A stretch of DNA of 64,000 bases from Minisyncoccia bacterium (GTDB lineage: Bacteria > Patescibacteriota > Minisyncoccia > Phycocordibacterales > UBA6065). A program made the position numbers and the translations under genes. A model generated the notes under the pieces. It was not told the origin of the DNA. It did not search any database and was given only the letters and a program-made list of their open reading frames with translations. The stretch lies in assembly GCA_044233485.1 (NCBI GenBank), contig JBIIJY010000001.1, positions 80,701 to 144,700 of the forward strand, given 5' to 3'. Position 1 is the first letter of the stretch, and each line of letters starts with the position of its first letter. Positions 47,565 to 60,790 of this stretch are shown here, one piece after another.

Positions 47565-48839
47565 ATGAAAGAGAAACTTGGAACAGAAAGCTATAAAGGT
47601 GTACGCGATTTCTACCCAGCTGACCAAGCTCTACACTCATATATCCTCGACACTTGGAAGCGAGTCTGTGTATCATTTGGATACGAAGAGTATCACGCTT
47701 CAGTACTTGAGCCTGCCGAACTCTATCGCTCAAAGACAAGTGACGAGATCGTCAACGAGCAGACATACACGTTTACCGATCGTGGTGATCGTGAAGTGAC
47801 ACTTCGTCCCGAAATGACACCCACTGTCGCTCGTATGGTTGCCGGTCGCCGCCGTGAGCTCGCCTCACCAATCCGATGGTTTTCGATGCCAAACTGTTTT
47901 CGTTACGAAAAACCACAAAGAGGTCGAGTCCGTGAATTCTGGCAATTGAATGTTGATATGTTTGGTGTCTCGGACATTTCAGCAGAAATTGAAGTGATTG
48001 TCCTTGCCTCGAGACTCATGAGCGCTTTCGGCTTTCTCCCAACCCAGTATGAAATCCGTATCAATAGCCGAGAAATACTCAATTATCTTTTTACCACGGT
48101 CTTAGCGGTATCAACCGAACAGAAAACACAGCTTGCTCGACTCATCGACAAAAAAAGCAAACTTCCCGCTGTTGAGTTTGACTCTCTCGCACGAGAGATA
48201 CTTGGCGAAGAAAAAGTTGCCCTCTTGCATAGTTACCTACAGACAACAGACGTACAGACACTTGAAAGTCAGTACGGAGAGTCAGTCCTACTAAGTACAA
48301 AAAAGACTCTCGCCCACCTTCGGACTCTCGGCATCACCAATGTCGTCTTTGACCCGACGTTGATGCGGGGTTTTGACTATTACACTGGTGTAGTTTTCGA
48401 AGTCTTTGACCTACATCCAGACAATCGACGCTCAGTCTTTGGTGGTGGTCGATATGACGACCTTCTTTCACTCTTTGGTGAAGATAAAACTCCTGCTTTT
48501 GGATTTGGCATGGGAGACACTGTTTTGGCGGACATGCTCGAGACATACGGACTCCTTCCTCGCTATTCCCGCGAAAAGGAACGAGCGCTCATCTGTCTCT
48601 CTGAGAACGAGCTTGAGTACGCCTACTCAATCGCTCAAGAACTGCGATCACAGGATATTCGAGTCAGTGTTGAAGTGACTTCTGACATTGGAAAAGCGCT
48701 CAAGAACTGCGACAAAAAAGGAATTACCGTTGTCGGGATTATTGGCTCAAACGAAAGAGAGACACAGACTATCAAGCGAAAGGATTTAACAACTGGCACT
48801 GAATCAGTAGTTCCCCGAGCGTCACTTGCCGGTTTCTAG
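47565..48839 (+). CDS. hisS: Histidine--tRNA ligase
   Basis: KGVRDF, LRPEMT, FRYEKPQRGRVREFWQ, RGFDYYTG, GGGRYD. Confidence 0.97.
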   Translation: MKEKLGTESYKGVRDFYPADQALHSYILDTWKRVCVSFGYEEYHASVLEPAELYRSKTSDEIVNEQTYTFTDRGDREVTLRPEMTPTVARMVAGRRRELASPIRWFSMPNCFRYEKPQRGRVREFWQLNVDMFGVSDISAEIEVIVLASRLMSAFGFLPTQYEIRINSREILNYLFTTVLAVSTEQKTQLARLIDKKSKLPAVEFDSLAREILGEEKVALLHSYLQTTDVQTLESQYGESVLLSTKKTLAHLRTLGITNVVFDPTLMRGFDYYTGVVFEVFDLHPDNRRSVFGGGRYDDLLSLFGEDKTPAFGFGMGDTVLADMLETYGLLPRYSREKERALICLSENELEYAYSIAQELRSQDIRVSVEVTSDIGKALKNCDKKGITVVGIIGSNERETQTIKRKDLTTGTESVVPRASLAGF

Positions 48840-48853
48840 CCTCACTATCACCA

Positions 48854-49444
48854 ATGCGGAAAATATTTTTTGATATTGAAACACGAAACACCTTTCAGGA
48901 AGTAGGTTCAAATGATCCGGTTGCTCTCGATATTTCTGTCGTCTGCACCTATGACTCTGAAACAGATACCTATGAAAGCTTTCTCCAAGAGGATTTTCCT
49001 CGACTTTGGAAAGTGCTCGAAAAGGCGGACATGTTTGTAACGTTCAACGGTGATCATTTTGATATTCCACTTCTTGATAAATACTATCCCGGCGACCTCT
49101 CGCAGATCAAATCACTCGACCTGCTTGTCGAAGTGAAAAAATCTCTCGGTCGTCGAATCAAGCTTGATACATTAGCCGAAGCAACTCTCGGAAAGAACAA
49201 GATTGCTCACGGTCTTGAAGCGATTACCTGGTGGCGAGAAGGTAAAATCGACGAGATTATCAAATACTGTCTTGAGGACGTGAAGATCACTAAAGAGATT
49301 TATGATTTTGCTCGGGCAAGAGGCGGTCTCTACTATATTGAAAACACCGTTGGTGGCACAGCAGAGAAAAAAGGATTCAAAGTTGACACCAGTGATTGGG
49401 AAAAACCGAAAGAGAGCGCAATGACATTCACCCTCCCTTTCTAA
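48854..49444 (+). CDS. RNase H-like 3'-5' exonuclease domain protein (YprB/DEDDy-like)
   Basis: FDIET, FNGDHFDIP, YCLEDV. Confidence 0.85.
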   Translation: MRKIFFDIETRNTFQEVGSNDPVALDISVVCTYDSETDTYESFLQEDFPRLWKVLEKADMFVTFNGDHFDIPLLDKYYPGDLSQIKSLDLLVEVKKSLGRRIKLDTLAEATLGKNKIAHGLEAITWWREGKIDEIIKYCLEDVKITKEIYDFARARGGLYYIENTVGGTAEKKGFKVDTSDWEKPKESAMTFTLPF

Positions 49445-50178
49445 TGCCCAGCTCCGTGGGCAAGTAAAATTGCCACATACATGAGCCCTGCCCCGACAAA
49501 AGTCATAATGGTCGTCATCCGAGTTGGATGTGCGTGATGACTCTCCGGTAGAAGGTCAGCCGCACCAAGATACAAAAAGAATCCAGCAAAGAGTGCGAGC
49601 ATATACCCAAGTGAATGTTCGCCCAGAGGCACCACAAACGAAAGAGCGATACCGAGAAGTGGTGCAATGCAGTCTGCCAAAAGCCAGACAATTGCCCGAA
49701 GTTTTGAGCCACCGAAACGCAAGACCGAACTGACGACGTTTAACCCATCTGAGAAGTCGTGTACCAACACTCCGATAGCGACCACAAAACCAAGCGTCGG
49801 ATCCGCTTGAAATGAAAAACCGATCGCGAGACCATCAACCAGACTATGAAGAGAAAAACTTCCGGCTCGTAGCCATGATTTCTTGTGATGAGGATTCTCG
49901 CAGACTTCTTCGTGATGATGTGAAAGAGAAAGCACTCGATCGACGAGAAGATAGAAGAGAAAACCTAGGGCGATACAAGTACTGACAACATGTAAGTCGG
50001 CACCTGCTTCTGTGGCGATGTGAATTGATTCAGGAATGAGCTCGAAGAAGGCAACTCCAAGGACTGCCCCCGCAGCAAAACCAAGTACCAGGTGAAGCTT
50101 ATCCTTGAAACGTAGCGCGACGAGCCCGCCACAAACAGTCGCGACCACAATACCACAGCCAATCAAAAATAGTGACAT
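49441..50178 (-). CDS. ZIP family metal transporter
   Basis: LGFAAGAVLG, ELIPE, His-rich loop, HSLVDG, HDFSDG, DLLPE. Confidence 0.92.
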   Translation of the reverse strand: MSLFLIGCGIVVATVCGGLVALRFKDKLHLVLGFAAGAVLGVAFFELIPESIHIATEAGADLHVVSTCIALGFLFYLLVDRVLSLSHHHEEVCENPHHKKSWLRAGSFSLHSLVDGLAIGFSFQADPTLGFVVAIGVLVHDFSDGLNVVSSVLRFGGSKLRAIVWLLADCIAPLLGIALSFVVPLGEHSLGYMLALFAGFFLYLGAADLLPESHHAHPTRMTTIMTFVGAGLMYVAILLAHGAGH

Positions 50179-50290
50179 ATAATCAGATTTAAAGTGTAAT
50201 ACTAGCACAGAATATCTTCTTTTTCTTTACAGGGAGGCAAGGGTATTTTTGAATCTAGACGGGCTCTTTTGTGCCAGTATACTTAAAGCC

Positions 50291-50992
50291 ATGGAAACAA
50301 AAAAATCTACACTTACGATGCCTGTCAGTATTATTCTTGCTGGCGTACTGATCGCCGGAGCCATCTTCTGGCAAGACCGCGGATCATACAAAACCGGTGC
50401 CTATGTGGCCGAAAGCGTATCGACTGCTCGACGACTTGAAAATATACCCACTCCACAAGCAACTGACCATCGACTCGGTAAGGTTGATGCGCCGGTTCAA
50501 ATCGTCGTTTACTCTGACTTCGAATGTCCATTTTGCCAGCGTTTTCATGTGACCATGAAGACAATCATGGATCTCTATGCAAAAGATAATTCTGTTGCTT
50601 GGATCTATCGACATTTTCCACTTGAAAGTCTCCATGCTCACGCGCTCGATGCGGCAAAGACTAGTGAGTGTGTCGCTACACTCGGCGGGCCAGAGGCGTT
50701 CTGGAAGTACACGGACTATGTCTTTGAATCTGCTGCCGAACAATCTGGTCGTGCTGCAAACATCTATGGAGCGGCGAAGTACTCAGGAATCACTCCGACT
50801 GCTCTCGACACTTGTCTTAGTGATGCCACACTTGAAACAAAGGTACGAGCACAGGCTCAGGACGTTATCCGTGCCGGTATACAAGGAACACCATTTGGTG
50901 TTGTCTTTGGGCCAAAGGGCGTCGCCACGATTGACGGCAATCTCCCTCTCTCACAAGTCCGCTCTCTCATTAACTATCAGTTGGAAAAATAA
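50291..50992 (+). CDS. DsbA-family thioredoxin-fold protein
   Basis: N-terminal anchor, YSDFECPFC, RHFPL, GTP. Confidence 0.92.
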   Translation: METKKSTLTMPVSIILAGVLIAGAIFWQDRGSYKTGAYVAESVSTARRLENIPTPQATDHRLGKVDAPVQIVVYSDFECPFCQRFHVTMKTIMDLYAKDNSVAWIYRHFPLESLHAHALDAAKTSECVATLGGPEAFWKYTDYVFESAAEQSGRAANIYGAAKYSGITPTALDTCLSDATLETKVRAQAQDVIRAGIQGTPFGVVFGPKGVATIDGNLPLSQVRSLINYQLEK

Positions 50993-50994
50993 CC

Positions 50995-53946
50995 TCACAT
51001 TCGCAGATGTCTTGAAAGAGTGCAGAATTCGCACTCTTTTTTGTTGCATGCGCGAGAAGCAAATGAGCCGGTACGTAGCGTAGATACGAGTGAGTGAATA
51101 AGCATCTCGACTGGTTCGGTGCTCTCACCCTGTAGGTCAAAGACTTCTCGTGTGTACTCACCCTCTTCTGGTTCCACGAACAATATCATTCCACGATCCG
51201 GAGAATATTCCTGATGCTCTTGAAGTAGCAGCTTGTAAAACAGAAGTTGCCGCCAATAGTCACCACTTCCTTCACCTTGAGTCTTACCTAGAATATGATT
51301 TCGACTTTTGACCTTACCGGTCTTATAGTCGACTACACAGACACCACCTTCACCCCTATCGATACGGTCAATCATTCCCACTAGCCGTAGAGACAGGCCA
51401 TCACTTGTATATGTCCGTTCAGCACGATACTCGGGATGAGTTGAATCTGGGAGATTGATTAACTCTTCTTCATAGAACCCCATTAAAGCTTGTCGACCTT
51501 TCTCTTCTATCTCACTACGCAGTACCAGGTCGAGTTCAAGGGCCACTTTATCAACAAAATTTTGGACAAATTCTTCCTGCGAGAGGCGTTTTCCATTACG
51601 AAGCTGTGAAGCGAATCGTTCGAGAGCATAGTGAATTGCAGTTCCATACGACTGCGCTCGTGAAGGTGACTGTGGTAGGCGGATTAAATTAACGAAGAAA
51701 TACTTCCATGCACATGAATTAAAGTTATTGAGAGCAGTCACCGAAATACCCTGCGATGCTACGAGACCCAAAAGCTTTTCACTTGCACGAGCTTGTGGCG
51801 ACTCGACGATAGCCTCACGGACAAGTAGCACCTCTTCTGCTCGAGTGAGCGCCGGGGCGATCACCGTACATACGGTAGATGGGTCGAGCTCTGATACAAA
51901 CTGGCTCGGTAGCTCTTCTTTGCCATCAGCACCGGTCACGGTATAGGTAAGAGTGGCTCGCACCTGTGCACGAGTGAGTGCCACATACATCAGTCGACGC
52001 TCATCCTCAGTCCGCTCGTTTTCCGTGGTCTCACCAATTTCTGGAATATAGAACCGTGAACGATTCGGGCGTTTGCCCCACTTTGATTCAGTGACGTGCG
52101 CAACAAACACATATTTAAATTCAAGACCCTTTGAAGCATGCGCTGTCATCAAGCGAACTGAATTCTCTTGTGTAGTCGCTGGGATTTTTATCGGATATCC
52201 ATGTGTAATAGAGGTATCGATATGCGCGAGGAAATCCGTGATGATGAAAGTGAGTTTTCGAGTCGAGAGGTTTTTGATCAGAGCAAATACCACCTCAATA
52301 TGAGCAAGTGCATCAAGGACGGTATTTTGAGTAAGGACATAGGCCAGGAAACCTGTCTCTTTGATGATTCGTTCAAAGAGCACTGAGAGGTTCTGCACCT
52401 GAGCTTCTCGCGCAAGCTCCCCGCACGTTCGGGCAAGACTTTGCGCAGGGCTTTCTTCAGTTTGAAGTATTTCAAGTAGAGGTTTCTTTGCTTTGCGCGC
52501 ACTTTCAAGTAGTGCCCGTACTTCAAAGACCGTCAACGTAGTAAGTGGTGAAAATAAAAGCTTGGTAACCGCCCCATCATCAAGCGGATTAGCAATCACT
52601 CGCAAAAGCCCCATAAGCAGAGCCGTTACTTCATTCTCAAAGATACTCATATTCGATTCAATATGTGCTCTCACTCCATATTTCGATAGAGCAGAAGCGA
52701 TATCTTGTGCATCTTTGTTATCACGATACAGCACCGCTATCTCATGAAGTGGCACCACTCCTTCGTCACAGAGTTTTTTGATCTGCCCAGCAAGGTAGGA
52801 AAGCTCATGTGTTTTATTTTGACAAGCAACTACCTGAATCGGCTCAGTACCCACACTCACCTGAGAAATCAGGCGTGTACGCTCTCCTTCTTCGATACTT
52901 GGATTATTGGAAATGAGTTCATGAGCACCATCGAGTACACTCTGCGGTGATCGAAAGTTGTCTGACAAAGCAATACGAGTCGCATCAGCGAACGTCTTAG
53001 AAAAGCCTTGGAAGTTTGCAAGCGTCGCCCCCTGAAAGCGAAAGATGGCTTGCTTATCATCACCAACGACAAAAATATTTGGCCGTGGATCATAATCAGT
53101 GAGGAGTTTCAGAATTTCATTTTGAGCACCGTTTGTATCCTGATGCTCGTCCGCCATAATATAGAGAAATTTTTCCTGAACTATCTGCTTATAGTCTGGA
53201 TCAGAGGCGAGGCGCGCGATTGGGACAGCAATCAGATCTTCAAAATCATAGAACCCTTGTTTTACCAATGCGTCCTCATAAAGTTCATACACTCGAGCTA
53301 ATTCTCGATTGCGCTCAATCCGCTCGAGTATGACTTTGTATTGAGATTTCATTTTACCTTTATGCCCGCCTTTGGTATGGACAAGATCCTCTCGTGAACG
53401 AATATCTTTTTCCTGAAGTTCAATCATTGCTTTGAATCCTTCTACCGATATTGCCTCTCGCTTGAGTGTTTTGATTGTTGAGACACAACTTGAAAGATAG
53501 TTTGTCGGATCTCCAAATGGCTTAATCGCCGAGAAAGAATTCTCAAGTAATATCTTTTCGATAATTCCAGCAATCTCAACATCAGATACCAAAGCCCCAC
53601 GACTAATTCGTGGAAAGAGTTCAGGCGACTGTGAAAGGAGACTCTGGGCAAAACCATGGAAGGTTGAGATCACGACTCGATGCGCCTGAGCTCCGATGAG
53701 CCCGTGAAGTTTCGCTCGCATTGCCCGAGCCCCCGATTCCGTAAACGTCAGTGCCAGGATTGCATCAGGCGGAGTGTCAGTCTTGAGTAGTATCGTCGCT
53801 ATACGTAGGGTGAGGATAGTAGTCTTACCGGTTCCTGGCCCTGCAATGACCATCACCGGCCCATCGAGGGTGTCTACGGCCAATTTCTGAGTCTTGGTGA
53901 GCCTTGTATACTGCTTTTGATACTCTGCGTGGATGTCGACTTGCAT
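50995..53946 (-). CDS. UvrD/PcrA-type helicase fused to a PD-(D/E)XK nuclease
   Basis: AGPGTGKT, DEHQD, VGDDKQAIFRFQGA, TAHASKGLEF, YVALTRA; GMIDRID..VVDYKTG..QL..Y; Cys cluster. Confidence 0.92.
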   Translation of the reverse strand: MQVDIHAEYQKQYTRLTKTQKLAVDTLDGPVMVIAGPGTGKTTILTLRIATILLKTDTPPDAILALTFTESGARAMRAKLHGLIGAQAHRVVISTFHGFAQSLLSQSPELFPRISRGALVSDVEIAGIIEKILLENSFSAIKPFGDPTNYLSSCVSTIKTLKREAISVEGFKAMIELQEKDIRSREDLVHTKGGHKGKMKSQYKVILERIERNRELARVYELYEDALVKQGFYDFEDLIAVPIARLASDPDYKQIVQEKFLYIMADEHQDTNGAQNEILKLLTDYDPRPNIFVVGDDKQAIFRFQGATLANFQGFSKTFADATRIALSDNFRSPQSVLDGAHELISNNPSIEEGERTRLISQVSVGTEPIQVVACQNKTHELSYLAGQIKKLCDEGVVPLHEIAVLYRDNKDAQDIASALSKYGVRAHIESNMSIFENEVTALLMGLLRVIANPLDDGAVTKLLFSPLTTLTVFEVRALLESARKAKKPLLEILQTEESPAQSLARTCGELAREAQVQNLSVLFERIIKETGFLAYVLTQNTVLDALAHIEVVFALIKNLSTRKLTFIITDFLAHIDTSITHGYPIKIPATTQENSVRLMTAHASKGLEFKYVFVAHVTESKWGKRPNRSRFYIPEIGETTENERTEDERRLMYVALTRAQVRATLTYTVTGADGKEELPSQFVSELDPSTVCTVIAPALTRAEEVLLVREAIVESPQARASEKLLGLVASQGISVTALNNFNSCAWKYFFVNLIRLPQSPSRAQSYGTAIHYALERFASQLRNGKRLSQEEFVQNFVDKVALELDLVLRSEIEEKGRQALMGFYEEELINLPDSTHPEYRAERTYTSDGLSLRLVGMIDRIDRGEGGVCVVDYKTGKVKSRNHILGKTQGEGSGDYWRQLLFYKLLLQEHQEYSPDRGMILFVEPEEGEYTREVFDLQGESTEPVEMLIHSLVSTLRTGSFASRACNKKECEFCTLSRHLRM

Positions 53947-53960
53947 AGACTCAGTTTAGC

Positions 53961-53987
53961 AAAAAAACAGCCTTTCGGCTGTTTTTT
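53961..53987 (-). terminator. Intrinsic terminator after rpoD
   Basis: aaaaaacagcc-tttc-ggctgtttttt. Confidence 0.8.
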
Positions 53988-53996
53988 CTAACTATC

Positions 53997-55244
53997 TTAG
54001 TAACTCTTGAGTCGGTTAGCTTTCTCATGCTCGCGAATCTTCTGATGAGCCTTTGCCTCAATCTGTCGGATTCGTTCACGGGTCACCGCAAACTCCTTAC
54101 CCACCTCTTCAAGTGTGTGAGTAATACCGTCATTGAGACCATGTCTCATCTCGAGAATTCGTCGCTCTTTTTCTGAGAGTTCACTCAAGATTTCTTTCAC
54201 CTGGTCAGAGAGAATTCGTCGTGAAGACTCCTGGTCTGGAGAGAGAATCTTATCATCGTGAATGAAATCAGCGAGAATAGACTTTGAATCATCGTCATCA
54301 CTGTTGATCGGTGCCTCAAGTGAGACAGTATCCTGATCAATTTTTTCAATCTGATACACCTTCTCCACCTCGAGATCCATTTCTGCCGCAATTTCTTCCG
54401 GCATTGGATCACGACCGAGGTCTTGTGTCAGTCGTCGTACGACCTGCTTGTACTTGGCAATAGTCTCTACCATATGCACTGGGACACGAATCGTACGAGA
54501 CTGGTCTGCCAATGCTCGAGTAATCGCCTGGCGTATCCACCACGTAGCGTATGTCGAAAACTTGAATCCTTTTGTCCAGTCAAACTTTTCCACGGCTTTG
54601 TGAAGACCAAGATTCCCCTCTTGAATAAGATCAAGGAGCGTGAGATCTGCACTGCGATTTGCATATTTTTTCGCAATCGAGACCACGAGTCGGAGGTTCG
54701 CTCTCATAAGGAGAGTCGCTGCATCTCGATCACCGGCCACGATTCGTTTTGCCAACTCTTTTTCCTCAGAGGCATTGATGAGACTGTACTGACCGATCTC
54801 TTTCAAATACATCTGAATCGAGTCGTATCCTGCATCTCGAGAACCGAGAAGTCCCTTCTTTCCAGTCTCTTTCGGTGCCAATGACCCATCGTCGAGCATG
54901 CCTCCACTGTCGAGAATATCGATACCGACCGTCTGGAGACGGAGATAGAGTTCATCGAGGAAGTCGATATTTGTTTCAATGGTCGGAAATTCTTTAAGAA
55001 TCTCATCATAGGTAACAAACCCTCGCTCTTTACCACGAGCGATGAGTGTATGTGTTCGGGATTCGAGATCCTTTGGAGAAAGTTTTCGATTACTTTCTCG
55101 TTCCTTCTTTTTTTCTAGTTTCTTTTTTGCCTGAGTCTCTTCAACTGGCTTGATGCGAAGCGCTTTTCGTACTACCGCTTTTTGTGGAGCGGTTTTTTTT
55201 GCTTTCGTATTGAGTTTTGACTGAACTTTTTTTTGTTTCGCCAT
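53997..55244 (-). CDS. rpoD: Primary sigma factor RpoD
   Basis: [54 protein letters not shown]. Confidence 0.97.
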   Translation of the reverse strand: MAKQKKVQSKLNTKAKKTAPQKAVVRKALRIKPVEETQAKKKLEKKKERESNRKLSPKDLESRTHTLIARGKERGFVTYDEILKEFPTIETNIDFLDELYLRLQTVGIDILDSGGMLDDGSLAPKETGKKGLLGSRDAGYDSIQMYLKEIGQYSLINASEEKELAKRIVAGDRDAATLLMRANLRLVVSIAKKYANRSADLTLLDLIQEGNLGLHKAVEKFDWTKGFKFSTYATWWIRQAITRALADQSRTIRVPVHMVETIAKYKQVVRRLTQDLGRDPMPEEIAAEMDLEVEKVYQIEKIDQDTVSLEAPINSDDDDSKSILADFIHDDKILSPDQESSRRILSDQVKEILSELSEKERRILEMRHGLNDGITHTLEEVGKEFAVTRERIRQIEAKAHQKIREHEKANRLKSY

Positions 55245-55325
55245 ATATTCTGCTCACGGATTCTGTGAGCATACACCAATAGAGCGTTTCGCGCCACACT
55301 GATGTCTGCCCGCAGACCGATATAC

Positions 55326-57062
55326 CTACTTCGGTATGCGTGACAATAGACTGAATAATTCTTTAACCTTACCGATATCCCCTCTTTTTTCTGCTTCCTG
55401 TATTTCTTTAAGGAGACGAGAACGTGTCACCTTCTGAGAAATTCGTGCAAACATCTGATAGGCCTCTTCGTAGAGTGTGGGAACTTTTGTTTCATCTTGT
55501 ATCTCTGACTCTATTTTAAACAACTCTTGATCTTTCAAGACACGAGCATCTGCCCAGGCTTCTGACTGGTCCGGGTAAAGCTCATTTACTTTTGTCTCAT
55601 AGGTTGCTTTGAGTGGAGCAAGAGCTGGTCGAGATTCCACATATGCGCCATACGCGAGAACTCGCGCGAGAGCACTCGTGAGAGTTTCTTGAGGAATTCG
55701 CGCAGAGTACTCACGTGTCAGTGGCTTCTCATCACGGACAACAACACGCTCGAGATCCTTAAGTAGTGCCTCGCTCGGGAGACCAAGCTCTTGCGCTGCT
55801 CGCTTAGCAAGACTTGCCCGCTCTACCGCAGAAGGAACACGAGCAAGGACCGGCAGAAGTTTCGTCGCTACGGCCTTAGGTATATCTTTTTCCTGTAGTG
55901 TTGAGTGCATCTGTGCAGCGATATGCAATATGACATGCACCGGCACAGAAAGAGCTTGCACCCACGCATGAGGATTTTCCTTTATCGTATCAGCTGGATC
56001 CTTGCCCAGTGGCGCGCGAACTACTGACACATCAAAGCCAAGCGCCAGAGCAATCGAAGCGGTGCGTAGTGTGGCATTTTCTCCAGCACTATCACCATCG
56101 AGAGCCAGGGTAATGTTTGAAGTGAGTCGTTTGAGCACACCGAGATTTGTCGCGATCACTCGCACCGAGCCTGAATGCTCCTCGCGCGTCCGCACTAGGT
56201 CTCCGGTAAACGCTGTGCCCGAAATAGCGACAGTGTTTGTCACTCCGGCTTGATGCGACATGAGCGCGTCCATTTGCCCTTCAACGAGAACTACTCGATC
56301 TCTTTCTCGAATCGCCTGCTTTGCCTTGTCTATCGCAAACAAAACAGATGACTTATTGTAGAGCTCAGTGTCTGGAGAGTTAAGATACTTTGGCGCCTTA
56401 GGATCTTCTTCAAGAATTCTGCCGGTGAACGCAATGACGCGACCAGCAATATCCATAATTGGAAACATGAGACGCCCACGGAAGACATCATACACACTCT
56501 CAAGCTGCGCTGCCTGACTTGGATCTTTTTGCTTAACGAGACCCGCCCGGAGCATTTCATCGACCGTCCAACCTTTCTGATACAGTGCATGAGCGAGGTT
56601 GCGCCAACCAGACTTCGCCACACCGACACGGAATCGAGTCAAAGTCTCTTGTGTAAGTCCACGAGAGAGAGCGTACTGATGAGCTCGCGTATCTCGTATA
56701 AGTTCTTCTTCAAAATAGACACAGGCTTCTTCGAGAATTTTGTAGAGTCTATTTTCCGCCTCAACTATTTTACTGTCACGCTTTTCGAGCTCAACACCAG
56801 CTCGACGAGCGAGCTCTTTAAGAGCGCCCGGAAAATCGAGACCTTCATACTCTTCAACGAAACTAAAGATATCTCCCTTGGCTCCACATCCAAAACAGTA
56901 GAACGAATTTCGGCTCGGTGAGACGTAGAACGAGGGTGTTTTTTCGTTATGAAAAGGACAGTGCGCTTTGAAATTGGCGCCGGACTTTTCTAACGTTATA
57001 TACGACCCTACGACATCCACAATCGAGAGTCGGTTTTTAATTACCTCGACCGGACCGGACAT
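55326..57062 (-). CDS. dnaG: DNA primase
   Basis: CPFHNEKTPSF..CFGC, FRGRLMFPI, KYLNSP, VEGQMD, DGDSAG. Confidence 0.97.
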   Translation of the reverse strand: MSGPVEVIKNRLSIVDVVGSYITLEKSGANFKAHCPFHNEKTPSFYVSPSRNSFYCFGCGAKGDIFSFVEEYEGLDFPGALKELARRAGVELEKRDSKIVEAENRLYKILEEACVYFEEELIRDTRAHQYALSRGLTQETLTRFRVGVAKSGWRNLAHALYQKGWTVDEMLRAGLVKQKDPSQAAQLESVYDVFRGRLMFPIMDIAGRVIAFTGRILEEDPKAPKYLNSPDTELYNKSSVLFAIDKAKQAIRERDRVVLVEGQMDALMSHQAGVTNTVAISGTAFTGDLVRTREEHSGSVRVIATNLGVLKRLTSNITLALDGDSAGENATLRTASIALALGFDVSVVRAPLGKDPADTIKENPHAWVQALSVPVHVILHIAAQMHSTLQEKDIPKAVATKLLPVLARVPSAVERASLAKRAAQELGLPSEALLKDLERVVVRDEKPLTREYSARIPQETLTSALARVLAYGAYVESRPALAPLKATYETKVNELYPDQSEAWADARVLKDQELFKIESEIQDETKVPTLYEEAYQMFARISQKVTRSRLLKEIQEAEKRGDIGKVKELFSLLSRIPK

Positions 57063-57079
57063 ATTTTGTGATGGGTGCT

Positions 57080-60784
<3,705 letters not shown>

Positions 60785-60790
60785 GGTTTT

